A stretch of 32,000 bases of DNA, from the NCBI GenBank assembly GCA_964618115.1, contig CAZTZI010000176.1, forward strand, positions 1-32,000, read 5' to 3'. The notes beneath the pieces are model-generated. The model had not been told where the DNA came from, searched no databases, and was given only the letters and a program-made list of their open reading frames with translations. The position numbers were made by a program, and so were the translations under genes. Below are positions 1 to 8,041 of the stretch, piece by piece; the first letter of the stretch is position 1; each line of letters opens with the position of its first letter. Origin of the DNA: an uncultured Acidimicrobiales bacterium (lineage in GTDB: Bacteria > Actinomycetota > Acidimicrobiia > Acidimicrobiales > CATQHL01).

Positions 1-1
1 G

Positions 2-454
2 CCGCTGACGGGGAAACCCCGGGCGGTCGAGGAATTGGTCACGACGTTCCACCTCGTCTTCGTGGCACTGGATCCGTTCACTCACGAGAGCGCCTGGATC
101 CTGCCAACGGCCGGCCGGGTGATGGGCAACTTCTCGGGCGCCGACTGCCGGGTGGGTTGGCTCGTGTGCGGCACCGGGGAGCAGGCAAGCCAGTTCCTGG
201 GTCCGTGGGCGGATCGGTTCCTGACGTTCGCCGACCCCGAGCGGGAAATGGTCCGCGGCCTCGCACTCGAGCGGCTTCCGGCCATCGTGCATCTCAACCA
301 TTCGTTGGAGGTCGTCGGCTCGGCCGAGGGCTGGAACCCGCGAGCCTGGCGGACCGTGGCGAGCGGGCTGGCCACGGCCATGAGCTGGAGCAAGCCGACC
401 GTCCCGACCCGCGACGACCCTGCCCCCTACGCCGGCACCCCCGCCGCGGGCTGA
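2..454 (+). CDS. Conserved hypothetical protein, 5' end runs off the window (possibly a thioredoxin-like fold, low confidence)
   Basis: The frame is open from nt 2 (PLTGKPRAVEELVTTFHLVF...) to TGA at 452-454. Third-position GC is high. No catalytic motif was recognised (no CxxC). Confidence 0.45.
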   Translation, partial: PLTGKPRAVEELVTTFHLVFVALDPFTHESAWILPTAGRVMGNFSGADCRVGWLVCGTGEQASQFLGPWADRFLTFADPEREMVRGLALERLPAIVHLNHSLEVVGSAEGWNPRAWRTVASGLATAMSWSKPTVPTRDDPAPYAGTPAAG

Positions 455-533
455 ACCGCGCCCGCGGCGCGGTACCGTTGATCCGGAGAAACACCAGCGA
501 GCCGGACACTGCTGAGTCATGCCGGGGCCGGAC

Positions 534-566
534 GCTCTCGTCCTTCCGGCGGAGGCCGGAATCCAC
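534..566 (-). repeat. REP-like palindromic element, copy 1 (inverted orientation)
   Basis: Hairpin TTCCGGC-ggag-GCCGGAA. The reverse complement, tggattccggcctccgccggaaggacgagag, matches copies at 5485 and 6526. It lies between the first ORF's stop and the fumarase start. Confidence 0.7.
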
Positions 567-622
567 TGCTCAGCGGATCGATCGGCATCGCCGGTGGGCC
601 ACTCGTCACTGTCCCCGGAAAC

Positions 623-2269
623 ATGAGCGAATCGCCAATGGACTTCACGTACGAGGACACGCTCCCCACCGGCAGCGACGATCTCCCCTTCCGTCTTCTC
701 ATGACCGACGGTGTGCAGCTGACCGAGGCCGCGGGGCGGCGCTTCCTGGAGGTCGACGACGAGGCCATCCGGCTGCTGACAGCCGAGGCAATGCGGGACA
801 TGGCCCACCTGCTGCGCCCCGGCCACCTGCAGCAGCTGCGGAACATCCTCGACGACCCGGAGGCCTCCGCCAATGACCGCTTCGTGGCCACGGAACTCCT
901 GCGGAACGCCAACATCGCCGCCGGAGGCGTGCTGCCGGGCTGCCAGGACACCGGCACCGCCATCATCAAGGCCCGCAAGGGCCAGCAGGTGCTGACCGCC
1001 GGCGACGACCGGGTCGCCATCTCGCAGGGAGTCTTCGACACCTACCGCACGTCGAACCTGCGCTACTCGCAGCTCGCGCCGCTGGACATGTTCACCGAGC
1101 AGAACACGGGGAACAACCTCCCCGCCGAGATTGCGATCGAGGCCGTGCCCGGCGAGGAGTACAAGTTCCTCTTCATCGCCAAGGGCGGCGGATCGGCCAA
1201 CAAGAGCTTCCTCTACCAGCAGACGCGAGCCGTGCTGAACCCCGGCAGCCTGGTCGACTTCCTGGATGCCGAGCTGCGGAAGATCGGAACCGCCGCCTGC
1301 CCGCCGTACCACCTGGCGGTGGTGATCGGCGGCACCTCGGCGGAGTACGCGCTGGGTGTGGCCAAGCTGGCCTCGGCGCGCTATCTGGACCACCTCCCCA
1401 AGGACGGCTCATCCGGCGGCCGGGCCTTCCGGGATGTCGGCTGGGAGGAGCGCATCCTGGAACTCACCCGCCAATTCGGTATCGGCGCGCAGTTCGGCGG
1501 CAAGTACTTCTGCCACGACGTCCGGGTGGTGCGCCTCGCCCGCCACGCCGCCTCCTGCCCGGTGGCCATCGCCGTGTCCTGCTCGGCGGACCGCCAGGTG
1601 CTGGGACGGATCAACGCAGACGGCGTGTTCCTCGAGGCGCTGGAGACCGACCCCGCCAGGTTCCTGCCGGCGACGACCGGCGAGAGCCTGTCGACCGAGA
1701 CGGTGGCGATCGACCTGGACCGTCCGATGGACGAGATCCGGGCGGTTCTCACCGCACACCCGGTCCGTACGCGGGTGTCGCTCACCGGAACGCTCGTCGT
1801 CGCCCGCGACGCCGCCCACGCGCGCATCAAGGCTCAACTGGACGACGGCGAGGAGATGCCGGAGTACCTGCTCCGCTATCCCGTGTACTACGCCGGGCCG
1901 GCCAAGACCCCCGAGGGCTACGCCTCGGGCTCCTTCGGCCCCACTACGGCAGGCCGCATGGACAGCTACGTCGAGCAGTTCCAGGCGGCCGGCGGCAGCC
2001 TGGTCATGCTGGCCAAGGGCAACCGCTCACGCACCGTGGTGGACGCCTGCGCCCGTTACGGCGGCTTCTATCTCGGCTCCATCGGCGGCCCCGGCGCCCG
2101 CCTCGCCGCCGACTCCATCCGTGCCGTGGAAGTCCTCGACCACGCGGATCTGGGCATGGAGGCCGTCTGGCGGATCACCGTCGAGGACTTCCCCGCGTTC
2201 ATCGTCATCGACGACAAGGGAAACGACTTCTTCGCCGAGGTCTCCAAACCCCTACGCATCCGCCGCTGA
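623..2269 (+). CDS. Fumarate hydratase, class I (Fe-S dependent, fused alpha/beta type)
   Basis: 548 aa. Motifs [11 protein letters not shown] and [11 protein letters not shown] and a C-terminal beta-domain ([15 protein letters not shown]) are typical of class I fumarase / tartrate dehydratase-type hydro-lyases. Confidence 0.88.
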   Translation: MSESPMDFTYEDTLPTGSDDLPFRLLMTDGVQLTEAAGRRFLEVDDEAIRLLTAEAMRDMAHLLRPGHLQQLRNILDDPEASANDRFVATELLRNANIAAGGVLPGCQDTGTAIIKARKGQQVLTAGDDRVAISQGVFDTYRTSNLRYSQLAPLDMFTEQNTGNNLPAEIAIEAVPGEEYKFLFIAKGGGSANKSFLYQQTRAVLNPGSLVDFLDAELRKIGTAACPPYHLAVVIGGTSAEYALGVAKLASARYLDHLPKDGSSGGRAFRDVGWEERILELTRQFGIGAQFGGKYFCHDVRVVRLARHAASCPVAIAVSCSADRQVLGRINADGVFLEALETDPARFLPATTGESLSTETVAIDLDRPMDEIRAVLTAHPVRTRVSLTGTLVVARDAAHARIKAQLDDGEEMPEYLLRYPVYYAGPAKTPEGYASGSFGPTTAGRMDSYVEQFQAAGGSLVMLAKGNRSRTVVDACARYGGFYLGSIGGPGARLAADSIRAVEVLDHADLGMEAVWRITVEDFPAFIVIDDKGNDFFAEVSKPLRIRR

Positions 2270-2314
2270 ACAGGGCCTCACGCCCCCGGGCAGCCCCGAC
2301 GCCACCGCCCGGAC

Positions 2315-2344
2315 GTCCGCAGTCCCCCGAGGGGGGCTACGGAC
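2315..2344. terminator. GC-rich hairpin between convergent genes (candidate bidirectional terminator)
   Basis: gtccgcagtcccccgaggggggctacggac folds with outer GTCCG/CGGAC and inner AGTCCCC/GGGGGCT arms around a CGAG loop. It sits between the fumarase stop (2269) and the glnII stop (2356). There is no U-tract. Confidence 0.5.
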
Positions 2345-2355
2345 GGCTCGGATGG

Positions 2356-3369
2356 TCAGGCAAGCGCCTCGCCGATCGTCTGGACCAGCAGCCCGGTGAC
2401 CACGTAGGGGTCGGCGTTGGCGTTCGGCCGGCGATCCTCGATGTAGCCCCGCCCGTCCTGGTGCACCTGCCAGGGGATGCGCACCGAGGCGCCCCGATCC
2501 GACACCCCGTAGCTGTAGGTGTCATAGCGCTCGGTCTCGTGCGCGCCGGTGAGCCGGAGCTCGATGCCGTGGCCGTAGCCCGCGATGTGCTCCTCGGGCT
2601 TGCCGGCGGCGCCCAGCGCCTCGGCGGCGGCCACCACGGCCTCGTAGTTCTGGCGCATGCTCGCGGTGGACACGTTGGTGTGCATGCCCGCACCGTTCCA
2701 GTCGCCCTGCATCGGCTTGGCCGCCAGGCTGACCTCGATCTCATGGTCCTCGCCGGCGCGGTACAGCAGGTAGCGGGCCACCCAGATGTGATCGCCCACG
2801 GCGAGTGGATCCAGCGGGCCGATCTGGAACTCCCACTGGCCGGGCATCACCTCGGCGTTGGTTCCGGAGATCGCCAGACCTGCGCCCAGGCACCAGTCGG
2901 TGTGCTGCTCCACCACCTCGCGCCCGTGGATGCGCAACGCGCCCACCCCGCAGTAGTACGGACCCTGCGGGCCCGGGAAGCCGTTGGGAGGGAAGCCCGA
3001 CGGCCACTTGGTGACCGGGTCGAGCATGGTGTACTCCTGCTCGAGCCCGAACCAGAAGCCCTGATCCCCGTACTTGTCGAGGATCGACCTGGTTTTGGCG
3101 CGCATGTTGGTGGGATGCGGCTCCATGCTTTCGGGCAGGAACGTCTCGCACAGCACCATGATGTTGTCGCCGCCGCGCAGTGGGTCGGGACAGTTGAAGA
3201 CCGGCTTCAGCACGACGTCGGAGTCGCTGCCCTCGGCCTGGTTGGTGCTGGAGCCGTCGAAGCCCCAGATCCCCGGTGCCTCGCCGTCGGCGAGGATCTT
3301 CGTCTTGGAACGCACCTCTGCGGTAGGCACGGATCCGTCTATCCAGATGTACTCGGCCCTGTAAGCCAC
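2356..3369 (-). CDS. glnII: Glutamine synthetase type II (eukaryote-like GSII)
   Basis: 337 aa. The N-terminus MAYRAEYIWIDG...SKTKILADG...IWGFDGSSTNQAEGSDSDVVLKPV...CPDPLRGGDNIMVLCE is the characteristic actinobacterial GSII sequence. GTG start with AAGGAG 7 nt upstream. Confidence 0.93.
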   Translation of the reverse strand: MAYRAEYIWIDGSVPTAEVRSKTKILADGEAPGIWGFDGSSTNQAEGSDSDVVLKPVFNCPDPLRGGDNIMVLCETFLPESMEPHPTNMRAKTRSILDKYGDQGFWFGLEQEYTMLDPVTKWPSGFPPNGFPGPQGPYYCGVGALRIHGREVVEQHTDWCLGAGLAISGTNAEVMPGQWEFQIGPLDPLAVGDHIWVARYLLYRAGEDHEIEVSLAAKPMQGDWNGAGMHTNVSTASMRQNYEAVVAAAEALGAAGKPEEHIAGYGHGIELRLTGAHETERYDTYSYGVSDRGASVRIPWQVHQDGRGYIEDRRPNANADPYVVTGLLVQTIGEALA

Positions 3370-3568
3370 AGCTCGTCTCCTTACGTGCAGCCGGCGGGAC
3401 GCGCCGGCGGTGGTGGTACGGGAGGCAGATGGGGATCACCGCTGAACCCGAGGTTGCCGGGCAACCACTGGCCGGCACTCTCGCCGACAGCACGATACAG
3501 AGAACGCGGCCGAATCCGAACGGGCAGCCCCGCCCGGACCAAGCCTTCTTCCGGGACTCGACTCTCGT

Positions 3569-3820
3569 CGCCGCCGTGCCGCGCGCGGTAGCCCGATGAC
3601 TCGCAGACCGCGGCGACGACGAATGACTCAGTGCCGCCGTGCCGCGCGCGGTAGCCCGATGACTCGCAGACCGCGGCGACGACGAATGACTCAGTGCCGC
3701 CGTGCCGCGCGCGGTCCCCCGATGACTCGCAGACCGCGGCGACGACGAATGACTCAGTGCCGCCGTGCCGCGCGCGGTCGCCCGATGACTCGCAGGCCGC
3801 GGCGGCGACGAACGACTCAG
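3569..3820. repeat. Tandem array, 4 x 63 bp
   Basis: Unit: tgccgccgtgccgcgcgcggtNgcccgatgactcgcagaccgcggcgacgacgaatgactcag. Unit boundaries are 3569/3632/3695/3758/3820. The marker tcgcagaccg recurs at 3601, 3664 and 3727, and as tcgcaggccg at 3790. The last unit is the most diverged and contains the acyl-CoA ligase stop codon. Confidence 0.95.
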
Positions 3821-5355
3821 CTGATGGCGCGCTCCTGGTCGGCCCAGTAGGGCTCGCGCAGCCGGTACTTCTGGAGTTTGCCGGTGGCCGTGCGGAACAG
3901 GGCGTCGCGGAACTCCACCGAGGTGGGGCACTTGTAGTGGGCCAGACGCTCACGGCAGTGGGCGATCAACTCGGTGTCGGTGGCCTCGGCGCCGGATGCC
4001 AGCACCACCAGCGCCTTGGGCGTCTCGCCCCAGCGCTCGTGGGGCACACCGATCACCGCCACCTCCGCCACGGCCGGATGGGTGAACAGGCAGTCCTCCA
4101 CCTCGATGGAGGAGACGTTCTCCCCGCCCGTGATGATCACGTCCTTGCGCCGGTCCGTGAGCACGAGATAGCCGTCGTCATCGAGGTAGCCGCCGTCGCC
4201 GGTGTGGAACCAACCGCCTGCCAGTGCCTCGACACTGGCCTCGGGTTGCTCCCAGTACCCCTCCATGACGTGGTTGCCCCGGGCCTCCACCTCGCCGTCG
4301 GCCGAGACGCGCACGCGGATGCCGAGCGCCGGCGCGCCCTGGCGCACCAGCCGCCGCGCCCGCTCGGCCGGCGTCAGGTCGTCCCATTCGGGGCGCACCC
4401 GGTTCATGGTGAGGTACGGCGCCGTCTCGGTGAGCCCGTACAGCTGCATGCACTCCCAGCCGAGTTCTGTCTCCATGCGTTCGATGGTGCGCGTCGGCGG
4501 GGGCGCTCCCGCCACCGTCATGCGGACCGTGCCCGAACCGGGGATCGGACCGGGCCAATCCTCGGCAGCCGCCAGGACGGCGGCCACCACGGCCGGCGCC
4601 CCGCAGAGGTAGGTGACGCCGTGGCGGTCGATGCGGCGCAGGATCTCGGCGCCGTCGATCTTGCGGATCACGACCTGGGTGGCGCCGGCGCCCGTGAGGG
4701 CGTAGGGCATTCCCCGCCCGTTGCAGTGGAACATCGGCAGCGTGTGCAGGTACACGTCGCGGTCGCGCACCCCGGCGCTCCAGCCGAACGTCACCGCGTT
4801 CAGCCACAGCGTGCGGTGGGTCACCTCGACCCCCTTGGGACGCGCCGTGGTGCCGCTGGTGTAGTTGATGGCCGCCGTGGCGTCCTCGTCCGGTTCCCAG
4901 GGGCGCGGCTCGGTTCGGGGGTCCGCGAAGAGAGCCTCGTCGGCCTCGGGACCGATGACGAGGCGGTGCTCGCAAGCCACGCCGGCCAGGTCGTCGGCGA
5001 CCTCAGGGTCGATCAGCAGCAGCCGGGCACCGCAGTGAGACACGATGTAGTCGACCTCGGCGGCGTTGAGGCGGAAGTTCACCGGCACCGAGATGCGCCC
5101 GGCGGCGCTGACGCCCAGCATGGCCGTGGCCAAGCGGGCGGCGTTGTGCGACACGATCGCCACTCTCTCGCCGAAGCCGAGGCCGAGGCGGTCCAGCGAG
5201 GCGGCCAGCGCCCGGGTGCGGGTCGCGACCTCGCCGTAGGTCAGCGTCCCCCAACTCGGCGCCGGCTGGTCGGGTTCGTCGATCAATGCCGGACGGTCGG
5301 GGTAGACGTGGGCGGCCCGGTCGATGAAGTCCCCGACGGTCAGCGGTACCTTCAT
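3817..5355 (-). CDS. AMP-dependent acyl-CoA synthetase/ligase (FadD-like)
   Basis: 512 aa from MKVPLTVGDFIDRAA..., with GGGAGG just upstream of the ATG at 5355. It has the AMP-binding motif YTSGTTARPKGV, then GYWEQPEA, TGDGGYLDDDGYLVLTDRRKDVIITGGENV and a terminal GKLQK. The 972-aa ORF in the track is this gene plus antisense read-through. Confidence 0.9.
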   Translation of the reverse strand: MKVPLTVGDFIDRAAHVYPDRPALIDEPDQPAPSWGTLTYGEVATRTRALAASLDRLGLGFGERVAIVSHNAARLATAMLGVSAAGRISVPVNFRLNAAEVDYIVSHCGARLLLIDPEVADDLAGVACEHRLVIGPEADEALFADPRTEPRPWEPDEDATAAINYTSGTTARPKGVEVTHRTLWLNAVTFGWSAGVRDRDVYLHTLPMFHCNGRGMPYALTGAGATQVVIRKIDGAEILRRIDRHGVTYLCGAPAVVAAVLAAAEDWPGPIPGSGTVRMTVAGAPPPTRTIERMETELGWECMQLYGLTETAPYLTMNRVRPEWDDLTPAERARRLVRQGAPALGIRVRVSADGEVEARGNHVMEGYWEQPEASVEALAGGWFHTGDGGYLDDDGYLVLTDRRKDVIITGGENVSSIEVEDCLFTHPAVAEVAVIGVPHERWGETPKALVVLASGAEATDTELIAHCRERLAHYKCPTSVEFRDALFRTATGKLQKYRLREPYWADQERAIS

Positions 5356-5484
5356 GCGCCCTCCCGACTCGCCCGACTCGTAACCCGTGGTGCAATCTAG
5401 CCTTGGCGCCCGGAGGCCTGAGAACCGTCGGGAGACCGCGCTGAGCCATCCCCGCCGGTGCTGCGACCCAGAACTTGACACCCA

Positions 5485-5540
5485 TGGATTCCGGCCTTCG
5501 CCGGAATGACGGACTGCGGGGCCGGAATGACGAGAGAGAG
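5485..5540 (+). repeat. REP-like palindromic element, copy 2 (with an internal 21-bp duplication)
   Basis: tggATTCCGGCcttcGCCGGAATgacg[gactgcggggccggaatgacg]agagagag. Perfect 8-bp stem with a 4-nt loop. It lies in the divergent gap between the acyl-CoA ligase and the dehydrogenase. Confidence 0.8.
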
Positions 5541-5553
5541 CAGAGGAGCGACG

Positions 5554-6471
5554 ATGACACGCCAACCCACCGTGGCCGTGGAGCCGGATTGCTGGCGGCG
5601 GGAGTCGCTGGCTGTGGCCGTCGCCGCCGGTGGCGGCATCGTCGTGCCGGCCAACGAGGCCGAAGGGCTGATCTGGGCAGACCCGGAGAACCCCCACCTG
5701 CTGGGGCCGGTGCTCGAGGCCGCGCCGCAACTGCGCTGGATCCAGTTGCCCTACGCCGGCATCGAGCCCTACCTCGGATTCCTCGACGGGGACCGCCTCT
5801 GGACCTGCGGCAAGGGCGTGTACGCCGAGCCGGTGGCGGAGATGGCACTGAGCATGCTGCTGGCCGGCATGCGCGGCCTGGTCACCTACATCGGTGCCCG
5901 CAGCTGGCTCGGGCCGGAGGGCCGCAACCTGCGCGGTGCCAAGGTGACGATCCTCGGCGGCGGGGGCATCACCACCGAGTTGCTGAAGCTGCTGGAGCCG
6001 TTCGACTGTGACACGACGGTGCTGCGCCGCCACCCGGCGCCGATGCACGGCGCGAACGTCGTGGGCGCTGAGGGCCTGACCCGGACGCTGGCGAGTGCCG
6101 ATGCCGTGGTCGTGGCGCTGGCGCTGACCGCCGAGACGAGGGGGATCATCGACGCCGCGGCGCTGGACGTGATGCCGGATCACTGCTGGATCGTCAACGT
6201 GGCACGTGGCGAGCACATCGTCACCGACGATCTCGTCGCCGCGCTCCGTTCGGGGAGCATCGCCGGCGCGGGGCTGGATGTCACCGACCCGGAGCCTCTT
6301 CCGGACGGTCACGCGCTGTGGGATCTGCCGAACTGCATCATCACGCCCCACGTGGGCAACACGCCGGAGATGGGGCTGGAGCTGCTGGACCGCCGTGTGA
6401 CGGAGAACGTGCGCCGCTACGGCGCAGGCGAGCCGCTGCTGGGGCCGGTGGACGTCACGCTGGGCTACTGA
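5554..6471 (+). CDS. D-isomer-specific 2-hydroxyacid dehydrogenase, NAD-binding
   Basis: ATG at 5554 is preceded by GAGGAG. Motifs: nucleotide-binding ILGGGGIT, NVARGEHIVTDDL, GAGLDVTDPEPLP and ITPHVG. The ORF track's longer start at 5506 lies inside the REP element. Confidence 0.85.
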   Translation: MTRQPTVAVEPDCWRRESLAVAVAAGGGIVVPANEAEGLIWADPENPHLLGPVLEAAPQLRWIQLPYAGIEPYLGFLDGDRLWTCGKGVYAEPVAEMALSMLLAGMRGLVTYIGARSWLGPEGRNLRGAKVTILGGGGITTELLKLLEPFDCDTTVLRRHPAPMHGANVVGAEGLTRTLASADAVVVALALTAETRGIIDAAALDVMPDHCWIVNVARGEHIVTDDLVAALRSGSIAGAGLDVTDPEPLPDGHALWDLPNCIITPHVGNTPEMGLELLDRRVTENVRRYGAGEPLLGPVDVTLGY

Positions 6472-6525
6472 GCCGGCGCGCGGAGTTCGCCCAACCGCCG
6501 ACCGCACACCGCCGGCGCCGGGCAC

Positions 6526-6560
6526 TGGATCCCGGCCTTCGCCGGAATGACGTGGGAGAA
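6526..6560 (+). repeat. REP-like palindromic element, copy 3
   Basis: tggatcccggccttcgccggaatgacgtgggagaa has the same core as copy 2 with one stem mismatch. It lies between the convergent dehydrogenase and solute-binding protein genes. Confidence 0.75.
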
Positions 6561-6598
6561 CTCTCGATCGGTGGCGGGAATCCGAGCGGCCGGTAGCG

Positions 6599-7957
6599 CT
6601 ACGGCTCGGACGGGATGCGTACCTCGACCAGGCGGCTGGCACCACCGTCGTGGCGGATGACTCGCAACGCCCGCCCCGCCGCGGCGTGCCGGTTGGGGCC
6701 GAAGGTTGCCGAGTCCATCCACAGATCCACGCCATCGAAGCGTTCGATGTCGGCCGCCAGGACGGCCGCCTCGAGGCTCCCCGTGCGTTGCGCGGCCCGG
6801 ACGAAGATCCAGAGCGCCTCCGCGCCGGTCACCGCCCACCCCACGCGGTCGTCCACGATCGCCTCGACCCTCTCCCTCGCAGCCTGACCGCCGGTTTCCT
6901 GATCCGCGGCGTCGCGCCCGCGGCGGAGATCTCCGGTGATGATCGAGGCGAAATAGGCGTTCACCTGGTTGCTGAGGTCGTCACCGTACGTGGATGCCTC
7001 GCTGATCACGGTCAGAGGTTCGTGCCGGGGCACGACGTAGCGCAGAGCGGCGCCGTCGAGAGCCGCCGGGGCCAGAACCGGCGTCGCGACACCTGCCGAC
7101 CGCAGGAGTTCGAAGAATGCCGCGCCGCGGCCGCCCACTGCCGAGCAGATCACCGCCAGCGGGAAGTTGGCGATCGGCGACAGCGCGAGAGCGGTCGCAT
7201 CCTGGCCCACGACGGGCTGCGAGGCAATCCAGTGACGGTCGAACGAGAACGCGTACGCCACCGATCCACCCAGTTCGCCGAACCGGCCGCCGAAGGCGTC
7301 GCACATCCGCACCGCCTCCTCGTTGTCGGCCTCGACCAGGGTCGCCACCGAGCGGATTCCCGCATCTGTGGCGTACTCGGCCATCGCCCGCCCGTAGGCC
7401 GTCGCGGAGGTTCCGGCCGAGAAGGTCAGGGCACTGGCCGGCTGGGGCAGCGGACCGCACGGGATGATCACGAGCACGCCGGCGCGCCCCGCCTCCTCGC
7501 GTATCGGTCGGTTGGAGTAGGGGTCGCACGTGGCGAAGATCACCGCGACATCCCGATCCACCAGCCGGAGCGCCGCCTGGTAGGCGCCGTTGAGCTCCGA
7601 GCGGGAGTCCTCGTAGGTGATCTCGAGCGGCCTCCCCTGCAACCCTCCGGAGGTGTTCACCTGGCGCACCGCGTACTGCAGGGCGTCCAGGACCGGCCCG
7701 TCGTACGGCGCCTGCCGGCCTGTGGTGGCCATGGCCACGCCGATGCGGACAGGCTCGGGACCGGTGCGGGCGGCGGGCGGCGGGGTTGGAGCGCCGGGCG
7801 GAGGCGCCACCGGCGTGGCGCCGGTGTCGGGCCGGACCGCCTCGACCTCGGCGGCGGTCCCGCCGGGGGGAACGTCACCCGACGAGTCGACCGCGCAGGT
7901 CGCGGCCACCAGGACCGTCGCCGTCAGAATCGCCGCGACCCCTAAGCGGCTGCGCAC
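6599..7957 (-). CDS. ABC-transporter substrate-binding lipoprotein, LivJ / branched-chain amino-acid-binding-like (type I periplasmic binding fold)
   Basis: 452 aa. Signal peptide with a lipobox-like LVAATC, then a Pro/Ala linker, then the pattern VRIGVAMATTG...YDGP...A...AV..VN..GGLQGRPLE typical of the Leu/Ile/Val-binding family. GTG start. Confidence 0.75.
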   Translation of the reverse strand: MRSRLGVAAILTATVLVAATCAVDSSGDVPPGGTAAEVEAVRPDTGATPVAPPPGAPTPPPAARTGPEPVRIGVAMATTGRQAPYDGPVLDALQYAVRQVNTSGGLQGRPLEITYEDSRSELNGAYQAALRLVDRDVAVIFATCDPYSNRPIREEAGRAGVLVIIPCGPLPQPASALTFSAGTSATAYGRAMAEYATDAGIRSVATLVEADNEEAVRMCDAFGGRFGELGGSVAYAFSFDRHWIASQPVVGQDATALALSPIANFPLAVICSAVGGRGAAFFELLRSAGVATPVLAPAALDGAALRYVVPRHEPLTVISEASTYGDDLSNQVNAYFASIITGDLRRGRDAADQETGGQAARERVEAIVDDRVGWAVTGAEALWIFVRAAQRTGSLEAAVLAADIERFDGVDLWMDSATFGPNRHAAAGRALRVIRHDGGASRLVEVRIPSEP

Positions 7958-8041
7958 AGCCCGCAGGTTACGTCGGCAGGGTTGTTCCGGGAGGCTTGGT
8001 CACCGGTCGCGCCCCGAGGACCGGGATCGGGGCGACCCCGG

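Noticed and set aside
3569-3820. Possible CRISPR array
   Set aside because: The repeats are directly abutting with no unique spacers, the unit length of 63 bp is atypical, and there are no cas genes in the window.
3596-3850. 84-aa ORF made of four MTRRPRRRRMTQCRRAARG repeats, plus the repeat-spanning minus-strand ORFs 2741-3931 and 3381-3953
   Set aside because: These frames are open only because the 63-bp unit is a multiple of 3 and lacks stops. There is no SD, the composition is extreme, and they overlap the 3' end of the ligase or the glnII promoter. I treated them as non-coding tandem DNA.
3817-6735. 972-aa minus-strand ORF, the longest in the track
   Set aside because: Only the C-terminal 512 aa (from MKVPLTVGDF, with GGGAGG SD at 5355) look like a real protein, the acyl-CoA ligase. 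The upstream 460 aa are Arg/Ala/Pro-rich read-through that is antisense to the 2-hydroxyacid dehydrogenase and crosses two REP elements. This is a typical high-GC open-frame artefact.
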